A stretch of 20,000 bases of DNA. Source: an uncultured virus (IMG/VR IMGVR_UViG_3300031992_000081) (lineage: Duplodnaviria; Heunggongvirae; Uroviricota; Caudoviricetes). The notes under the pieces were generated by a model. That model searched no databases. It worked only from the letters and a program-made list of their open reading frames with translations, and was not told where the DNA came from. Of this stretch, positions 1 through 8,766 are shown one piece after another (position 1 is the stretch's first letter; each line of letters opens with the position of its first letter). The translations under genes were made by a program, and so were the position numbers. The stretch lies in the IMG/VR virus record IMGVR_UViG_3300031992_000081. One strand, written 5' to 3'.

Positions 1-119
1 TTACTAATAGATATTAAAGAATGCTCTAATTGAATGGTCCAATCACGATCCAAAGACTCAAAAGTCTCAGAAACCGGATCCCAGGCATCTTCTTTTGCTT
101 TAATCGTAATTGTGAGCAT
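1..119 (-). CDS. 5' part of second tail assembly chaperone-like protein (runs off window)
   Basis: Not in the ORF track. ATG at 119 reads MLTITIKAKEDAWDPVSETFESLDRDWTIQLEHSLISIS... and is open to the window edge. It lies directly downstream of the tail chaperone gene. Confidence 0.6.
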   Translation of the reverse strand, partial: MLTITIKAKEDAWDPVSETFESLDRDWTIQLEHSLISIS

Positions 120-122
120 TTT

Positions 123-551
123 TTAAGACTCTACTTTCTTGATGGCTCCAGCATCAGTTTGTTTTTTAGCTTCCGCGGCTGCCTTCTCACGAAGTTCCTT
201 AGGCATGCACTCAATAATAAACTGAGACGCCTTTTCGCCGTCGGTTACCAGCTCCATATAAAGCTGGTCGTATGCATTAGTGCTCTTAAACTCCTCAAAG
301 ATGGCATCAGATTTAACAAACGTCTTACCATCAGGGGACTTAACACCATATGTAGCTTTGATGATCTCTTCGAATGTTTCCAAGAGTGTTTTGCCATCTT
401 TTGCTTCAACTGCTCTTCTGATCCATTCTGTAAGACCGCCGCCATGAGAATACTCTAGCTTAGTCAATTCGGTCTTTGTGAGATTAAAATAAAAAGTTTC
501 CTGTCTCTCTTCATCGTTAAAATCAGTGTATGTAATAGTTCTTTTATACAT
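123..551 (-). CDS. Tail assembly chaperone
   Basis: 142 aa with a GGAGGAG RBS, directly after the major tail genes. Size and position are typical of siphovirus chaperones. Confidence 0.65.
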   Translation of the reverse strand: MYKRTITYTDFNDEERQETFYFNLTKTELTKLEYSHGGGLTEWIRRAVEAKDGKTLLETFEEIIKATYGVKSPDGKTFVKSDAIFEEFKSTNAYDQLYMELVTDGEKASQFIIECMPKELREKAAAEAKKQTDAGAIKKVES

Positions 552-574
552 CTTATTACTCCTCCATAAATTTT

Positions 575-760
575 AAATAAAAAAGAAAGGGAGTTTCCCG
601 CCACTATTCTCCCCTATGGACGTTATCCGTATATTGGAAACGCGATTGCTAAATTAAAACGTCCTCCCAGCAATCCTTATTTTTTTTAATTTAAGAAGAG
701 CCCACGCCGCCTCTCTTCTAACTGAACCTGTGACCTTGACCTAAGTACAAGTAGGTTCGC
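575..760 (-). ncRNA. Candidate structured RNA / regulatory leader (hairpins, possible pseudoknot, terminator-like hairpin)
   Basis: Complementary pairs 694-700/713-719, 644-650/669-675, 618-624/658-664 and 589-593/609-613. The last is followed by a U tract on the minus strand. Confidence 0.4.
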
Positions 761-786
761 CCACTTCATTTTGATTTTTCTACTAA

Positions 787-1677
787 TTAAGTGCTAGTAG
801 ATACAACAACTGTGTTACCGGCTACTGTATAAGTTTCACCACTAGTGAATGCTGCACCGTTAACTGTTACAGTACCGCCTGTTACAGAAATGGTAAGGAC
901 ATCACCAGCTACGATATCGGCATTATTAGCCAAAGCAGTACCGTTACGGGTTACGGACAGAGTCGTATCATCGCCCTGCGTAAGTGTAAGCTTATAACCA
1001 GATGTTCCACTAAGAATACCAATAAGTTCTGCTACTGTAGGAAGTGCAGGATCGGAATTAGTAGTTCCGTACAACTTGTCCTCCAACGTCTTCAAACGAG
1101 TCTTAAGTGCCTCAGTATTGAAATCTGTGGATTTAATCTCGAAGATAGCACACGGCTTAATACCAGTAATTCCAGTATCAACCGGAACTGTATTAAACTC
1201 GTAAGAGAATTCGATTGCGTTCGGATTGTCGTTTACTGTCTGATATTCTTCATCAGACGGAGAAGCAGTTGCTCCATAAACGATGTAGATCTTGTAACCA
1301 TAATCAGTGCCTTCGGTATCATTACCGATAAGAGTGCGGCAAGAGAAACCAAAAGTCTTTCTAGACTGCTGTCCAACATAAAGACCAACTGCTCCAGATA
1401 TACCGCGCTTACCATTACACTCTTCCCATTCTTTCGGGAAAGTGTAACATTTTATTGTACCCTTCTTATCTTCAGTAGCAATAAGATTCAGGTATTTAAT
1501 GTTATCAGCATAAATGGCATTAGCTGTACCGCCATCGGAAGATGTCTGGAAAGATGTGAGACCGTTCCACGCAACACCAGTACCATAATCAGTACCATCG
1601 TTAACATAGAGAACACCTCTATCTACACCAGTTGCATACAGCTTCTCGCCAGTCTGATCCCAAAGAAGCTTTGCCAT
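787..1677 (-). CDS. Major tail protein, long paralogue with C-terminal beta-rich (Ig-like) extension
   Basis: 296 aa with a YADNIKY motif of phi13-like tail tube proteins. About 70 extra Thr/Gly/Val-rich C-terminal residues. AGGAGG RBS. Confidence 0.85.
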   Translation of the reverse strand: MAKLLWDQTGEKLYATGVDRGVLYVNDGTDYGTGVAWNGLTSFQTSSDGGTANAIYADNIKYLNLIATEDKKGTIKCYTFPKEWEECNGKRGISGAVGLYVGQQSRKTFGFSCRTLIGNDTEGTDYGYKIYIVYGATASPSDEEYQTVNDNPNAIEFSYEFNTVPVDTGITGIKPCAIFEIKSTDFNTEALKTRLKTLEDKLYGTTNSDPALPTVAELIGILSGTSGYKLTLTQGDDTTLSVTRNGTALANNADIVAGDVLTISVTGGTVTVNGAAFTSGETYTVAGNTVVVSTST

Positions 1678-1692
1678 AATCAGTTCCTCCTA

Positions 1693-2373
1693 TTAACCGT
1701 TGTTGCCACTAAGAATGTTAATAAGCTGAGTTACGGTAGGAAGCGTAGGAGCAGAATTAGCAGTACCATAAAGCAGATCTTCAAGAGTAGTAAGTCTAGA
1801 CTCATTAGCACTTGTGAAATCTGTAGACTTAATCTCAAAGATAGCACACGGTTTGATACCAGTAATACCTACGTCAACCGGAACTGTATTAAATTCGTAA
1901 GAGAACTCAATAGCATTCGGGTTATCGTTTACTGTCTGATATTCTTCATCAGACGGAGAAGCAGTTGCTCCATAAACGATGTAAATCTTGTAACCGTAAT
2001 CAGTACCTTCAGTATCATTACCGATAAGAGTACGACAAGAGAAACCGAAAGTTCTTCTAGACTGCTGGTTTACATAAAGACCAGTTGCGCCACTAATTGT
2101 GCGCTTACCGTTGCACTCTTCCCACTCATCCGGGTAAGTATAGCACTTAATTGTACCCTTCTTATCCTCGGTTGCAATGAGGTTGAGATACTTAATGTTA
2201 TCGGCATAAATAGCGTTTGCCGTACCGCCATCAGACGACGTCTGGAAAGATGTAAGACCGTTCCAAGCTACGCCATCCTGGTAACCGTTTCCGTCATTTA
2301 CATACAGAACACCACGGTCAACACCAGTGGAATAGAGCTTATCGCCGGTCTGATCCCAAAGAAGCTTTGTCAT
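1693..2373 (-). CDS. Major tail protein, short paralogue
   Basis: 226 aa. By manual count it differs from the 296-aa copy at 14 of the first 186 residues. GGAG RBS. Confidence 0.85.
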   Translation of the reverse strand: MTKLLWDQTGDKLYSTGVDRGVLYVNDGNGYQDGVAWNGLTSFQTSSDGGTANAIYADNIKYLNLIATEDKKGTIKCYTYPDEWEECNGKRTISGATGLYVNQQSRRTFGFSCRTLIGNDTEGTDYGYKIYIVYGATASPSDEEYQTVNDNPNAIEFSYEFNTVPVDVGITGIKPCAIFEIKSTDFTSANESRLTTLEDLLYGTANSAPTLPTVTQLINILSGNNG

Positions 2374-2387
2374 AAAGCAGTTTCCTC

Positions 2388-2720
2388 CTATTTAAAAAAT
2401 ATAATGTATACATCATGATACAATCCATCTGCGACATATTGCCTATCATATGTTGTATAAGGAAACAAGTTTAATAATAGTTCAACATTATCGTCATCAG
2501 GATCATCATGAATATAATACAAAGTATACTTGGTGCCCTTCATATAGATTCCATTATCCGCATAATATCGAATATTAGGTTCACCTTTATAGAGAATACA
2601 AGGATACTTCATATCCATAGTTGGTGGGCGTTTAAAGTATATACCTTTAACGCGTGGAACTGTTCCCAATTTTGTATGGAACTCAAGTCTCTTCGTCAGC
2701 CTTGGGTTGTCGTTCGCCAT
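2388..2720 (-). CDS. Tail terminator / tail completion protein
   Basis: IYFKRP..MKYPCILY..YVADGLYHDVY pattern and position just before the tail tube genes. Start moved to 2720 because of the GGGAGGT RBS. Confidence 0.65.
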   Translation of the reverse strand: MANDNPRLTKRLEFHTKLGTVPRVKGIYFKRPPTMDMKYPCILYKGEPNIRYYADNGIYMKGTKYTLYYIHDDPDDDNVELLLNLFPYTTYDRQYVADGLYHDVYIIFFK

Positions 2721-3030
2721 TGTAAACACCTCCCAAATATATTAATATACTGGGATAGTTTCGAATGTCGACCGTTTTTACAATCCAGCAAGAACCCATA
2801 TGCTCAACGAATTTCATCCGCTGATAATTCAATTGAGCAAATGGATCTGCAACGATTTTTATTCGGTCATCAATCATTATGTCATGATTGGTAGTTTCCT
2901 CAGAAGAATATAATCGTCTAACTTCTTGCTGAATGTCACCTCTATAGAATTTCTCAACTATAGTAGGATTAAAAACGCCAGGGACTGTTTCATTAGGTAT
3001 TTCAAACCCAATTATCCCAGCAAATTTCAT
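2683..3030 (-). CDS. Head closure (head-tail joining) protein
   Basis: 115 aa, beta-rich, between the capsid gene and the tail terminator. Confidence 0.55.
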   Translation of the reverse strand: MKFAGIIGFEIPNETVPGVFNPTIVEKFYRGDIQQEVRRLYSSEETTNHDIMIDDRIKIVADPFAQLNYQRMKFVEHMGSCWIVKTVDIRNYPSILIYLGGVYNGERQPKADEET

Positions 3031-3033
3031 ATA

Positions 3034-5346
3034 TTAGTCCCTCTTAGCCTCAAGATTAACATACTTCAGACTATAAATTACGGTATTTGTGGAACCGTCC
3101 TTAGTCGTAATAGCACGAACCTTCTGCTGCTTATTAGCAATCTTGCCAACCCAGAGACCATCGGATTCCAGAGTCGACGGACCAGAAGTACCGCCAATGA
3201 TCTCGACGGTAGTTGTAGCACCATCATCAGTATCAAACTTGAGAGTAAGGAAGTTGCCCTGAGCGCCCTGCTCAAATCCGTCGTAGTTCGTAACATACTT
3301 GAGAGTACCACGAATCTCACCGAGATCATTGATACGAACACCAGACTGAAGTTCAGCAGCTGTCTTACCGAGAATATCAGTATTCGGAGCCGGAGCTTCA
3401 GCAACGATCTTGAGCATCGGATAATGAGAAGCCTCAACTACGATAGCAGATCTCAGCTTAACAAGAGCACCAGAGAAACGGCACTCCATCAGGTACTTAT
3501 ACTGGTTGAAGTCGATATCGAAATCGTCAAACATCTCAGTATTGCCACCACGATCAGCACCAACCTTGTAGTCAGCCAGGTTAACAAGAATAGCAACGAG
3601 ATCATACTCATTGTTATCGGAATCTGTATAAACCTTACCGTCAAACTGCGGAACTTCAACGATCTTAGATACGCGAAGCGCAGCAGCCAGTTCGGAATCA
3701 GACTTATACAGCGGATGATTAAATCCATCCTTAGCCAGAAGCATAGTTGTGAGCCAATCCGGGCTGCAGAACAGCGTCAGGTTACCAGAACCCTTGTAGT
3801 CCTTACGGGAACGGAGAATTGTCTGACGGAGGATCTCTGTCTTATCCGTATCGCTAGCATTTTCCGGGAAATAAACCGGGCGACGAATTGTATACAGCTC
3901 ATCATCCTTCCAAATCGGTCTGATATGATCTTCCGGAATCTTGTCGTCATCATACGGAGCACGACCGTCACCAGTAAGAATAGCCATAGCCTTCTCAAGA
4001 TCAAGCATCATCTTCATTTCGTTCTTAATCCACGGAACGATATCGAAATCGGTGATATCAATGATATCATCACGATCCAGCTTCTGCTTCTTATAGATTG
4101 TGCACGGAGAAGTCTCTCTCTTAAGCAGCGAGAATACTTCTTCCTTCTTTCTGTTACCCTTGACGTAACCCTTCGCACGAGCCTCATCAGCAGTAATATC
4201 TGCAAAACGAGTACGGATACGAGAGAACGGAGTATGAGATACACCGTTAAGTACTACAGGGACCCAAGCATTTTCGGGCTTTACCCACTCCGGCGGAATA
4301 TTAACATCCTTCGGATCCGGGAACAGGGATTCAATATCCTGAATGCCGTAATCTTCGGCGTGCATCAGAATAGAATCGGACAGGGTAGCCTTATTAACTA
4401 CAGCATCCTGAACGATCTGAGCGAAATCGGCATGGGCGATAGGCTCTCTTGTGTTGTCTTCGAAAACATTTCTCTTCATTTCGTTGTTTCCTCCTTCATC
4501 GTTTTCGGTTTCTTCGGAATCTTCTACGTCATCATCGTAGTCATCTTCATCATTTTGATTTTCGTCTTCATCTTCGTCATCATCTTCATACTCATCATCT
4601 TCATCTTCATCATCTTCATCTTCATCTTCATCTTCATACTCTTCATCATCTTCATCATACTCATCTGTTTCTTCGTCAACTTCTTCGTCTTCATACTCAT
4701 CTGGTTCTTCGTCAGCTTCTTCATCAGAATGAGCAATATTAAGATCCAGATCGCCGTTTGCGGCAGAAGTGACTAAAAACGCGAGAACCTTCTTCTGATC
4801 ATCGTTCATACTAGCAATTACAGATTGGACTGTGGGGTCCTTACCTTTGCTATCAGACTTCTCGCTTTCATCAGTGTCAGCATGAGACAATTCGAAATGG
4901 CACTCGTTTTCCGGCATGTAGATAATGGCGTCACTTTCGCCATCATCGTTATGCTCAATGTTGATATCTTCAATGTAAGCACCAATATTTGCACCAGAAA
5001 GTACAAGACTTACTTCTTTAATATCGCCATGGAATACTTCGAGAGCGTTATTCTGACGAAGATGATTTGCATAGATGGACAAACTTGTAATATCGCCATG
5101 CATAACGCATTCCTTCATAGCATCCCCACTAATGGTATCATTGAAACTTCCATAACAATACATACCATCACTTCTAGATTCAAGTAGGCAATTGCCAACT
5201 AAATTTGTAGGGTCATTATGTCCGTGCTGAAACATGAGCGGTACTGTCAGACCATCGCAATGCTTAAAAGCATCATTTTTTATAGTTCTGCCATCGGTGC
5301 ACTTAATATTATACCGAGTGGCATAACCACAAAAGTCATACTTCAT
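3034..5346 (-). CDS. Prohead protease - acidic linker/scaffold - major capsid protein fusion (HK97-like) with C-terminal accessory domain
   Basis: N-terminal HK97-type protease motifs (FCGYATRY, VPLMFQH, EVSLVLSGAN), then a long D/E tract and a capsid-like body (FDDFDIDFNQYKYLMECRFSGAL). Start set at 5346 from the AAGGAG RBS (770 aa). Confidence 0.88.
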   Translation of the reverse strand: MKYDFCGYATRYNIKCTDGRTIKNDAFKHCDGLTVPLMFQHGHNDPTNLVGNCLLESRSDGMYCYGSFNDTISGDAMKECVMHGDITSLSIYANHLRQNNALEVFHGDIKEVSLVLSGANIGAYIEDINIEHNDDGESDAIIYMPENECHFELSHADTDESEKSDSKGKDPTVQSVIASMNDDQKKVLAFLVTSAANGDLDLNIAHSDEEADEEPDEYEDEEVDEETDEYDEDDEEYEDEDEDEDDEDEDDEYEDDDEDEDENQNDEDDYDDDVEDSEETENDEGGNNEMKRNVFEDNTREPIAHADFAQIVQDAVVNKATLSDSILMHAEDYGIQDIESLFPDPKDVNIPPEWVKPENAWVPVVLNGVSHTPFSRIRTRFADITADEARAKGYVKGNRKKEEVFSLLKRETSPCTIYKKQKLDRDDIIDITDFDIVPWIKNEMKMMLDLEKAMAILTGDGRAPYDDDKIPEDHIRPIWKDDELYTIRRPVYFPENASDTDKTEILRQTILRSRKDYKGSGNLTLFCSPDWLTTMLLAKDGFNHPLYKSDSELAAALRVSKIVEVPQFDGKVYTDSDNNEYDLVAILVNLADYKVGADRGGNTEMFDDFDIDFNQYKYLMECRFSGALVKLRSAIVVEASHYPMLKIVAEAPAPNTDILGKTAAELQSGVRINDLGEIRGTLKYVTNYDGFEQGAQGNFLTLKFDTDDGATTTVEIIGGTSGPSTLESDGLWVGKIANKQQKVRAITTKDGSTNTVIYSLKYVNLEAKRD
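4500..4730 (-). repeat. Low-complexity GAT/GAA repeat encoding poly-Asp/Glu linker
   Basis: Repeated tcatcttca units translate to DEDEDEDD... in the capsid fusion frame. Confidence 0.85.
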
Positions 5347-6607
5347 TTTGATTTTCTCCTTCCTCTGGAATTTCTTCGGGTCCACCTAAGAATTGTTCAT
5401 TGTGAGCAATATTCTTATTGAGTAACTTATTGGCTTGTGGATCGCTAGAAGGCGGATATCCAATCTTACCTCTAAGTTCATTACCAGTAAGAACCTCATT
5501 TCTAGAGAATTTATCAACGATTTCTGCCATTTGAGTAACTGGCGCATCCTTGAATACGTCTCTAAAGTACATGATTCTATGGCCCTCAAGAATACTTACT
5601 TCACTGAAGAAAGTTCTTGTGAATCCCTCTGTGATGGCTCTAAGAATCGGCATAATAGCCGAGTTGTAATACGAAACTTTAGCAGAATCATCAGCGGTTC
5701 CATCGATTATAGATGGCGGAATACCAAGCTGCGTCAATAGATGGTTATTGAGATACTCGATTTCCTTAAGAATGTTGTTTTCAGCAGGACGATTAAGTTG
5801 TGTGATATGTTCTGTTGAGTCTATGTATCCAATTCCATATCGGGACTCATTCATCTGCTGTTCAAGATCTTTACGCCTTTCTTCTGCAAGTTTCCTCTTA
5901 GATTCACCTCTAATAGTATATGGTAACTGAATAATTACATCTAATTTGCCAGATCCAGCTTCTTCGTCAATTCCATCCAACAAAGTAAGCTTTCTTATTA
6001 TGCGTTGAGCTGTAGAATTGTGTTCATTCATTACCGCGTAAAATGGATTTTCAATAATACATACATCATTTTTAGAAAGAATAACCCGATCCTGTCTCTG
6101 AGTATACTGATTATAGCATTCTACTTCGACATCATTAGGATACCATTTGGTTACCTTACCAACTCTAAGTGCATAGATATCTCGTATTCCATCTTCATTT
6201 TCTTCGTCTTCTCTTTCAACTGGTACAACAGCTACACAGCCTTCATCAAACATTGAAAGTATAAGGTCCTCGATAAATGCAGATGGGGTTTGATCAATGT
6301 TAGCCGAAATATGTAATCGAAAATCTATAGAGTCTCTAAAAACATTTAAAAAGTTTTCGTCTCTATCTAAAAGAACGTGTCTAATATCAATCTGAGACGC
6401 ATCCACAGCCATTTTAGAATAAATGCCTCCTAAAATGGTCTTTTCTATTCCTCTAGATAAACGTCTTCGGTTAGGCCTAGTATAACTAGGAGTTACGTAT
6501 GATGTATACTTTGGATATTCAGGATTTAATACTATCGGTTCTTGTTCGACCTTATTACGATTAAAGAAGGCATTCCAGGCGCCTTTTATACGCTCTGTTA
6601 TATTCAT
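5336..6607 (-). CDS. Portal protein (HK97-like)
   Basis: 423 aa between terminase and protease/capsid. Portal-like LGIPPSII and LTGNELRGKIGYPP segments. AAGGAGGT RBS. Confidence 0.88.
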   Translation of the reverse strand: MNITERIKGAWNAFFNRNKVEQEPIVLNPEYPKYTSYVTPSYTRPNRRRLSRGIEKTILGGIYSKMAVDASQIDIRHVLLDRDENFLNVFRDSIDFRLHISANIDQTPSAFIEDLILSMFDEGCVAVVPVEREDEENEDGIRDIYALRVGKVTKWYPNDVEVECYNQYTQRQDRVILSKNDVCIIENPFYAVMNEHNSTAQRIIRKLTLLDGIDEEAGSGKLDVIIQLPYTIRGESKRKLAEERRKDLEQQMNESRYGIGYIDSTEHITQLNRPAENNILKEIEYLNNHLLTQLGIPPSIIDGTADDSAKVSYYNSAIMPILRAITEGFTRTFFSEVSILEGHRIMYFRDVFKDAPVTQMAEIVDKFSRNEVLTGNELRGKIGYPPSSDPQANKLLNKNIAHNEQFLGGPEEIPEEGENQNEV

Positions 6608-6622
6608 AAATATAATACCTCC

Positions 6623-7204
6623 TTATTTCTTATCATTTGGGTCATAATAGTAGAAAGTTTCGAAATCACCAAAATCTGGTATTTTATTAAGCCGTTCAAG
6701 GTCTTTAATTGTTGCTTTTCCTAATTGGCCCTGTGTTCCTAAATATTTCGCTAATGTGGCATAATTGCCTGTTATTTGGTATTTGCCGTCACTAGTTTTT
6801 GTCCATTTAATATCTGGAGCCGATGGAAAAATAGCAGACGATAACTTCTTAAAAGCATTTTCAGAAAGAGTAATGATTCCTTTTCCTATAGTTTGTCCTA
6901 AATATTTCTTAATAGTATTAGACGCATCTTTTACACGATCTTTTCTATTTTCTTCCTTATCCTTACTTACTAGTTTTCTATAAGTTTCTTCCTTTTGAAG
7001 TCTTTCAATGGTTTTATTAAGATCCTCATCAGTCATTCTATGTGAATACTTCTTTGAACCTTTATATGTAAGATTTCGTTTTTCGGAAGCTTTTGCACTT
7101 CTAACTATTGCCCTATGCTGCGATCTAGTAAGAGGATACGGAGGGCCATGAGTAACACCCCAACGCTGACCATCTATTCCATGATGGTATAATTCGTTTT
7201 TCAT
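6623..7204 (-). CDS. Basic protein with N-terminal ELYHHGIDGQRWG motif; putative internal head protein
   Basis: Motif shared with the two upstream genes. Start at 7204 follows a GAGGTG RBS. Confidence 0.6.
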   Translation of the reverse strand: MKNELYHHGIDGQRWGVTHGPPYPLTRSQHRAIVRSAKASEKRNLTYKGSKKYSHRMTDEDLNKTIERLQKEETYRKLVSKDKEENRKDRVKDASNTIKKYLGQTIGKGIITLSENAFKKLSSAIFPSAPDIKWTKTSDGKYQITGNYATLAKYLGTQGQLGKATIKDLERLNKIPDFGDFETFYYYDPNDKK

Positions 7205-7219
7205 AGGCGTCACCTCGTT

Positions 7220-8068
7220 TTATGAGCTCTTCTTTTTCTTCTTAGTCTTAGGACCTGCATATCTGGATATCGCGGCTTTGTCCGAATCACGGGAAGTCCA
7301 TGCTCCATTATCACCTGAGCCGCCTCCATTAATATTATTATGATTATATCTTTTTCTAGCGTTTTCAAGAAAATCATGTACTCGAGCTCTATCTGCTTTA
7401 TATTTATCTGCTCGAGACTTTCCTTTAGTCGGGTCATACTTAGATACGTTACCATCGTATTCAATATTTTTCTTCTTAAGCTTTTGTTTATTGTTCCTAG
7501 AAAGGGCATTAAAACCGCTTTCTTGACGACGTTTCATGTCACCTATAGGTCCAATGTCCTTTTTCTCTTTTACTTTAACACTATTAAGAGCCCGATCGCC
7601 AGCGGCCTTAATTCTAGCCGCTGCAGAATCGCTTACAGCTCTCTTTTTAGTATCTTTTACTTTCTGATCTACTAGCCTTCTTCTGGTATCTTCCGGATTA
7701 CTATTAGGTCCTCCGTTGTCATATTCGGCTCTCTTCTTTTTAATTCTTTTAGATTCATTACCAAAATCATCTACTTTACTCGGACTTCCAATATCTCTAG
7801 ATTTAATTCTAGCAATTCTAGCATGATTTTTTGCTATGGTTGCATTACGTGTGTCTAAAGATTTTCTACGAGAATCTTCGCCATTTTGTTCCCAATGAGT
7901 TGGTTCAGCATCCGAATTTTGTCTATTAGAATTAGAAGCCATTCTGCTATAATGCATTTGCGCACGTCTTTTATCATACAAACTGTTACTTCCGTTACGC
8001 TTATGATATCTCCATTTCATTCCTTTTACGCCATAATGCATTAATACAAGATTATCATAATTTTTCAA
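7220..8068 (-). CDS. Lys/Arg-rich protein with N-terminal LMHYGVKGMKW motif; putative internal head protein
   Basis: The TTG start at 8068 follows an AAAGGAGG RBS and places the motif near the N-terminus (282 aa). Confidence 0.6.
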   Translation of the reverse strand: MKNYDNLVLMHYGVKGMKWRYHKRNGSNSLYDKRRAQMHYSRMASNSNRQNSDAEPTHWEQNGEDSRRKSLDTRNATIAKNHARIARIKSRDIGSPSKVDDFGNESKRIKKKRAEYDNGGPNSNPEDTRRRLVDQKVKDTKKRAVSDSAAARIKAAGDRALNSVKVKEKKDIGPIGDMKRRQESGFNALSRNNKQKLKKKNIEYDGNVSKYDPTKGKSRADKYKADRARVHDFLENARKRYNHNNINGGGSGDNGAWTSRDSDKAAISRYAGPKTKKKKKSS

Positions 8069-8084
8069 GACAATCCCTCCTTTC

Positions 8085-8744
8085 TTATTTTTTCTTAAAC
8101 TTTTTGTCGGTTTCGGTTTTATCATTCATCACATTCACACGGTTAACGCCATTAGCTTTATTAATAGCATTTTGCTGATATGTGTATTCTCGATCTCTTC
8201 TATTAATTTCTCTAAATTTATCATTGTCGTTTTTCTTAATTGCCGGCTGCTTATTCGCGGTGGTAGTAGTTTCTTCAGTAGATTTTTCACCAGAATTACT
8301 ACCTTTACTACTTCCGCCTCCATTTTTATTTTTAAGTTCATTAGCTCTTTCTTGAGCTTTTTTCAAAGCATTATCATAAGCATTTCTTATAGCTTCTTCC
8401 CTTTTCTCTCTATCTTCTTGATCCTTTTTAGCCGCTTCGCTTGCTTTCTTAGAAAACTCAGTATTTTCAGCCGGATTTTGAATGTCTCTTTCGCTTGAAG
8501 TAAACCGTTTATTAGCTCCTCCACTTAAAGAAATATTCTTTTCTTTTTCAACTCTTACCGAACCATTCGGTTTTCTCATTCGTATATTTTTGTTATTTGG
8601 ATCTATTGTAATACCTTTTTTGTATCTCCATCGCATACCTCTTACACCGTAATGAGCTAGCTCATCGGACTTAAGATATCCTTGCCGTCTAGTTTCTGTA
8701 TCACCATAACGTTTTAAAAAATATTCTAAATCGTAATCTCTCAT
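8085..8744 (-). CDS. Charged protein with ELAHYGVRGMRW motif; putative internal head protein
   Basis: 219 aa, AAGGAGG RBS, same motif family. Confidence 0.6.
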   Translation of the reverse strand: MRDYDLEYFLKRYGDTETRRQGYLKSDELAHYGVRGMRWRYKKGITIDPNNKNIRMRKPNGSVRVEKEKNISLSGGANKRFTSSERDIQNPAENTEFSKKASEAAKKDQEDREKREEAIRNAYDNALKKAQERANELKNKNGGGSSKGSNSGEKSTEETTTTANKQPAIKKNDNDKFREINRRDREYTYQQNAINKANGVNRVNVMNDKTETDKKFKKK

Positions 8745-8766
8745 CTAAAACTGCCTCCTTCCTTAA

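Noticed and set aside
1229..1983. DGR template/variable repeat pair
   Set aside because: Differences are mostly synonymous and not adenine-specific. Both copies are full genes, and no reverse transcriptase is present in the window.
4500..4730. Possible CRISPR or tandem array
   Set aside because: Trinucleotide-level coding low complexity with no repeat-spacer structure.
4449..4742. His/Leu-rich and Met/Lys-rich short ORFs
   Set aside because: Alternative frames of the GAT/GAA repeat.
2926..4776. 616-aa plus-strand ORF
   Set aside because: Antisense shadow of the codon-biased capsid gene. Its poly-Ile/Phe tail is the reverse reading of the D/E tract.
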